Below, piece after piece: positions 56,882 through 59,819 of a DNA stretch of 59,819 nt. Source of the DNA: an uncultured Deferribacteres bacterium (GTDB lineage Bacteria; Zhuqueibacterota; JdFR-76; BMS3Abin05); contig CAZMRE010000002.1 in the NCBI GenBank assembly GCA_964568545.1, forward strand, positions 1-59,819, in the 5' to 3' direction. The first letter of the stretch is position 1. The number at the start of each line of letters is the position of its first letter. The notes beneath the pieces are model-generated. The model saw only the letters and a program-made list of their open reading frames with translations. It searched no databases and was not told the DNA's origin. Made by a program: the position numbers and the translations under genes.

Positions 56882-57020
56882 AAGTTGCTCGGTTATTCGG
56901 TTTCTCGGCTGCTCGGTTTGAAAAATAGTTCGCGGGTTCACTCGTTCGCTGATTTAAAAAAACGGTCACTGAGCGTAGTCGAAGTGACCAATGAGATTCT
57001 TCGCTTCGCTCAGAATGACA
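56882..57020 (+). repeat. composite intergenic repeat, copy 1
   Basis: 8-nt periodic tract GCTCGGTT ATTCGGTT TCTCGGCT GCTCGGTT, then A7, then hairpin GGTCACT-N12-AGTGACC (56964-56989), then GAGATTCTTCGCTTCGCTCAGAATGAC. Confidence 0.7.
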
Positions 57021-57134
57021 AAAATATGACATGCGAAGAAGACCGGAAGGATCATCATCGACTTGAGCCGTGGGCAGCGTCGCCCCGGGAAGATGAATTC
57101 GTTAGTAATCTGTTACCAAATTAGAAAAGGCACA

Positions 57135-59603
57135 ATGTTGGAAAAATTGAACCACATTTTTGAAGTCGCCCTTTGCCTTTTGGCCTTGGTGGGAAGTCTG
57201 GGTGTGGTAAAAACTGCTGTGGGTGAGCAGTGGGCTCTCATTCTCGGCAAAAGTGAAATAAACGACGCGGCCGTCAAAGTAGCCGTGTCCGATTTACTTG
57301 AAAGCGCCCGTCAATACGGTATTTCAATTCGGGTGGAAGCAGACGGGGTTCGACCAAGCGGAAATGCTATTTTCGTCGGGGTTCCGGCCCGCAACCAGCA
57401 AGCGCGGAAATACTTTCCCAAGAATAAATTATCCCCGAAAACACTTACCTCAAAGAATGGATTCCAAATTCAAACCGTTCTCGAAAAATCGGACACGTTG
57501 ATTCTGATTTCTGGCGGTTCAATTATGGGAGACGTCAACGGCCTGTACTATTTACGGGATCGGCTGCGGGTTACAAGAAGATTCCCTGTTCTCAATGAAA
57601 CGCGGCAGCCCCTTTTCACAATTGCCTGTAACGTTCAGGCCAAGGGCCTGAAGTCTTTGAAAAAAAATCAAACAGCCCTCTTTCGCAATGCCCTGGCGTA
57701 TGGAATAAATTGGGTTGTTGTCGATAACACGCTCAATCTGGTTCCTTGGAACGCGGAACCGGAAAAAACGCAGAATGAGAAAAATCGCCAGGAAGTAAAA
57801 AAACTAATTCAGCGGGCTCACGCCTTGCACCTCAAATGCTTTACTTACGGCGATGAATTCACCTATCTTCCTTCTTTTCTGCAGGAACTGCACGCCACCT
57901 GTTCGGTGGATGATCCCAACTTCTGGAAAGCCGTTCAGGAAAAATACCGGCGCCTGCTCCGGGCCCTGCCGGAATTGGACGGCGTGGGAATCCGTACGGG
58001 AGAATTGACCCAGGTCTGGGGAAATTACCGCGCGTTCGACGTCATGCACGAAGGGCCATCCTGTCCCTGGACGCTGACCAGGCGCTACCGGACATTTGTG
58101 AAAAAAATTTATGACGTGGTCGTGGGAGAATTCCACAAGCTTTATTACCAACGCACGTGGGGAACTAATCTGAAGGAGCAGCATTCGGATCCGGAGGTTT
58201 TCAAGCGAACCTTTACCAGTGCTATTCCCGTTAAAAATCTGTACCTGGTTCCCAAAATCACAACCGGGGACCAAGGCTGGTTTCAGCCGTTTAATCCCAC
58301 ATTTAATCTGACGCCTCACCATACGCTCGCTGAATTTGAATCGATGGATGTGGGTCAGGATATGTTTCCGACCTTCCCTGCAGCCTATTTTCAAGCCGCT
58401 CTTCAAACGATTGTTGAAGGAACCTCTACAAATGTGCAGGGAATGGCATTTGATATTCCGCCGAAAGATGACTGGGGAAACTGGAACGCTGTTGCTTACA
58501 TCCTGCACCGGCTCAACTGGAACTTGAACGTTGATGTGCACACGCTGGCCCGGGATTTTGCAGCCATTCATTTCGGACCCAAAGCAGCCGACAAAATGGC
58601 AGAAATTTTCTTGCTTACACCCGTGGTCTACAAATACGGTTTGTATCTGGAGCCCATCGCTGCCCGCATGCACCGGCAATTGCCCCAATTGCGTGGAACG
58701 ATTTTCCCTGTGGCCGGTTTTCCTGTTATCGATCACGGGAAGGCACACCTGGAATTCTGGCACCAGATTTACCTGCAGACAAAACCCTGGATGCATGAAA
58801 CCCTCAATTTGTTGGATTATGGTCTTCAAACCGCTCAGAAAATGATAAACCTTTTCCAAGAGGCTAAACCGCTCATTACAGACAAAACACTGGCCGAGGA
58901 TGCTGAAAGAAAAGTTCTCCGAACCGAGGCACTTGTCCAAACGAACAATTTATACGTAAAAACCGCATTTTCGTATTTTGATTTTCTTGAAGATTCCAGC
59001 CCGGAAAACTATTCCCATCTCAAAAAACTGGCTTCTGAACTTTCACTTGCAAAAGTACACTTCGCAGGGTTGAAGGGCAAACCTTACCACTTTTTTGGAA
59101 TTGACCAACTCTTGAAAAACGTAAAAGAAGTTCTGGAAAACAAAGAACAAGCGTTGAATTTTTTGAAGCATGCACCGACCACGGATGGAGTCATGGCGTT
59201 GATTGAGAGACAGGAAGAAGCCCATCGGCACGTTTTGAATCAGTACAGGGGCCAATTGATTAAAATCCTACATTGGAGAGGGCGAGTGGACGGGAAAGAC
59301 ATTTTAGTGGTGAAAGCAAAAACACTCTCGGTTCAGCACGTGCAGTGGGAGCCCATTCAAGACATGCGCACCCGGTTTTACTCGGAATTGCCAGAATCAG
59401 AGATGAGCGTTGTTATTAAGGATATTCATTCGCGGACTCTCCATCCCTTTGTGCTGGAACAGCCCACGGCAGGGAATCACTACACGACCAAGATTTATCT
59501 GGTTGATGCCCCGGGTGGTGGAGACCTGTGGGAACTGGAATTGTACGCGATTAAAAAGTCTCCGAAGCTTTTGGGCCTGTGGCCGACGTGGCAGGGGGAA
59601 TAG
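57135..59603 (+). CDS. putative glycoside hydrolase, distantly GH67 (alpha-glucuronidase)-like
   Basis: ATG 57135 (MLEKLNHIFEVALCLLALVGSLG signal/anchor). N-domain ...ILISGGSIMGDVNGLYYLRDRL. LAYGINWVVVDN, ELDGVGIRTGE and NLYLVPKITTGDQGWFQPFNPTF are reminiscent of GH67 TIM-barrel blocks. Assigned by memory only. Confidence 0.4.
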   Translation: MLEKLNHIFEVALCLLALVGSLGVVKTAVGEQWALILGKSEINDAAVKVAVSDLLESARQYGISIRVEADGVRPSGNAIFVGVPARNQQARKYFPKNKLSPKTLTSKNGFQIQTVLEKSDTLILISGGSIMGDVNGLYYLRDRLRVTRRFPVLNETRQPLFTIACNVQAKGLKSLKKNQTALFRNALAYGINWVVVDNTLNLVPWNAEPEKTQNEKNRQEVKKLIQRAHALHLKCFTYGDEFTYLPSFLQELHATCSVDDPNFWKAVQEKYRRLLRALPELDGVGIRTGELTQVWGNYRAFDVMHEGPSCPWTLTRRYRTFVKKIYDVVVGEFHKLYYQRTWGTNLKEQHSDPEVFKRTFTSAIPVKNLYLVPKITTGDQGWFQPFNPTFNLTPHHTLAEFESMDVGQDMFPTFPAAYFQAALQTIVEGTSTNVQGMAFDIPPKDDWGNWNAVAYILHRLNWNLNVDVHTLARDFAAIHFGPKAADKMAEIFLLTPVVYKYGLYLEPIAARMHRQLPQLRGTIFPVAGFPVIDHGKAHLEFWHQIYLQTKPWMHETLNLLDYGLQTAQKMINLFQEAKPLITDKTLAEDAERKVLRTEALVQTNNLYVKTAFSYFDFLEDSSPENYSHLKKLASELSLAKVHFAGLKGKPYHFFGIDQLLKNVKEVLENKEQALNFLKHAPTTDGVMALIERQEEAHRHVLNQYRGQLIKILHWRGRVDGKDILVVKAKTLSVQHVQWEPIQDMRTRFYSELPESEMSVVIKDIHSRTLHPFVLEQPTAGNHYTTKIYLVDAPGGGDLWELELYAIKKSPKLLGLWPTWQGE

Positions 59604-59605
59604 GA

Positions 59606-59819
59606 AAGTTGTTCCGTTTGTCGGTCACTCGGTTACTCAGTCAAAGATTATTTAGTTTGCTGGTTCGTTTGTTTAAAAAAAGCGGTCGTCGAGTGTTGGC
59701 CGGTGGCGAACGTATCGAGACGACCGAGAAGCCGGCCGCAGAATACAGGAAAAGATGCACTATTCGGTCATTGAGCCCGTCGAAATGACCGGCCTACTGT
59801 TTTCAAAGAGATTCTTCGT
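59606..59819 (+). repeat. composite intergenic repeat, copy 2 (runs off the window end)
   Basis: AGTTGTTCCGTTTGTCGGTCACTCGGTTACTCAGTC, then A7, then two hairpin modules: CGGTCGTC...GACGACCG (59683-59726) and CGGTCATT-N11-AATGACCG (59765-59791). It ends in GAGATTCTTCGT at the window edge. Colinear with copy 1. Confidence 0.7.

Noticed and set aside
57804-58940. 378-aa antisense ORF inside the GH67-like gene, and similar ORFs at 55708-56331 and 56386-56859 inside the FG-GAP gene
   Set aside because: Open antisense frames are expected in GC-richer coding DNA. The sense frames carry clear repeats, motifs and signal peptides.
56882-59819. The repeat-bracketed 846-aa gene, considered as a transposon or integrative element
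   Set aside because: No transposase, integrase, inverted terminal repeats or target-site duplication is visible. The repeats are direct and resemble REP/terminator-type elements. It is kept only as a low-key cassette hypothesis in the findings.

Overview
The window is a 59.8-kb bacterial chromosomal segment. Gene content suggests an uncultured member of the Fibrobacteres-Chlorobi-Bacteroidetes (FCB) group: T9SS-type C-terminal sorting domains, PorU-like and PorV/PorQ-like genes, and inositol-lipid genes. This taxonomic placement is inference only.

Positions 1-23.4 kb are tightly packed housekeeping genes on the minus strand:
- a partial MATE transporter;
- ino1, panD, a CDP-alcohol phosphatidyltransferase, rsmI, a lysine aminotransferase-like gene and an aldehyde dehydrogenase;
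- a sigma-54 enhancer-binding protein (EBP) and an OmpA/TSP3 protein;
- glyQS, recO, mgtE, rsmA, tatD, metG, ricT, holB and an EnvC-like gene.
One plus-strand outer-membrane/TPR gene (10633-11961) interrupts this run.

From 23.8 kb onward every gene is on the plus strand:
- a membrane protein with a poly-Glu tail and a HAD-like protein;
- an eRF1/Pelota-like protein lacking GGQ, followed by a GalT-fold protein translationally coupled to a GIY-YIG (DUF123) nuclease;
- a nucleoside cluster: tdk, nupC, a purine nucleoside phosphorylase (PNP), formimidoyltransferase-cyclodeaminase (FTCD), an amidohydrolase and yjjX.

The most interesting part is a roughly 22-kb cluster at 37.6-59.6 kb headed by a LacI-family regulator. 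Its gene order is:
1. a PorU-like C25 peptidase;
2. a TonB-dependent-receptor-like barrel;
3. a PorV/PorQ-like barrel;
4. two tandem ~715-aa paralogs of unknown function, each with FN3 and a T9SS C-terminal domain (CTD), showing mosaic 100 percent nucleotide identity;
5. a carbohydrate-binding-module-like CTD protein;
6. a 1257-aa protein ending in an FG-GAP propeller;
7. a distant GH67-like protein bracketed by two copies of a composite intergenic repeat.

I found no rRNA, tRNA, CRISPR array, transposase or integrase. All functional calls rest on motif recognition by eye. No database search was run.
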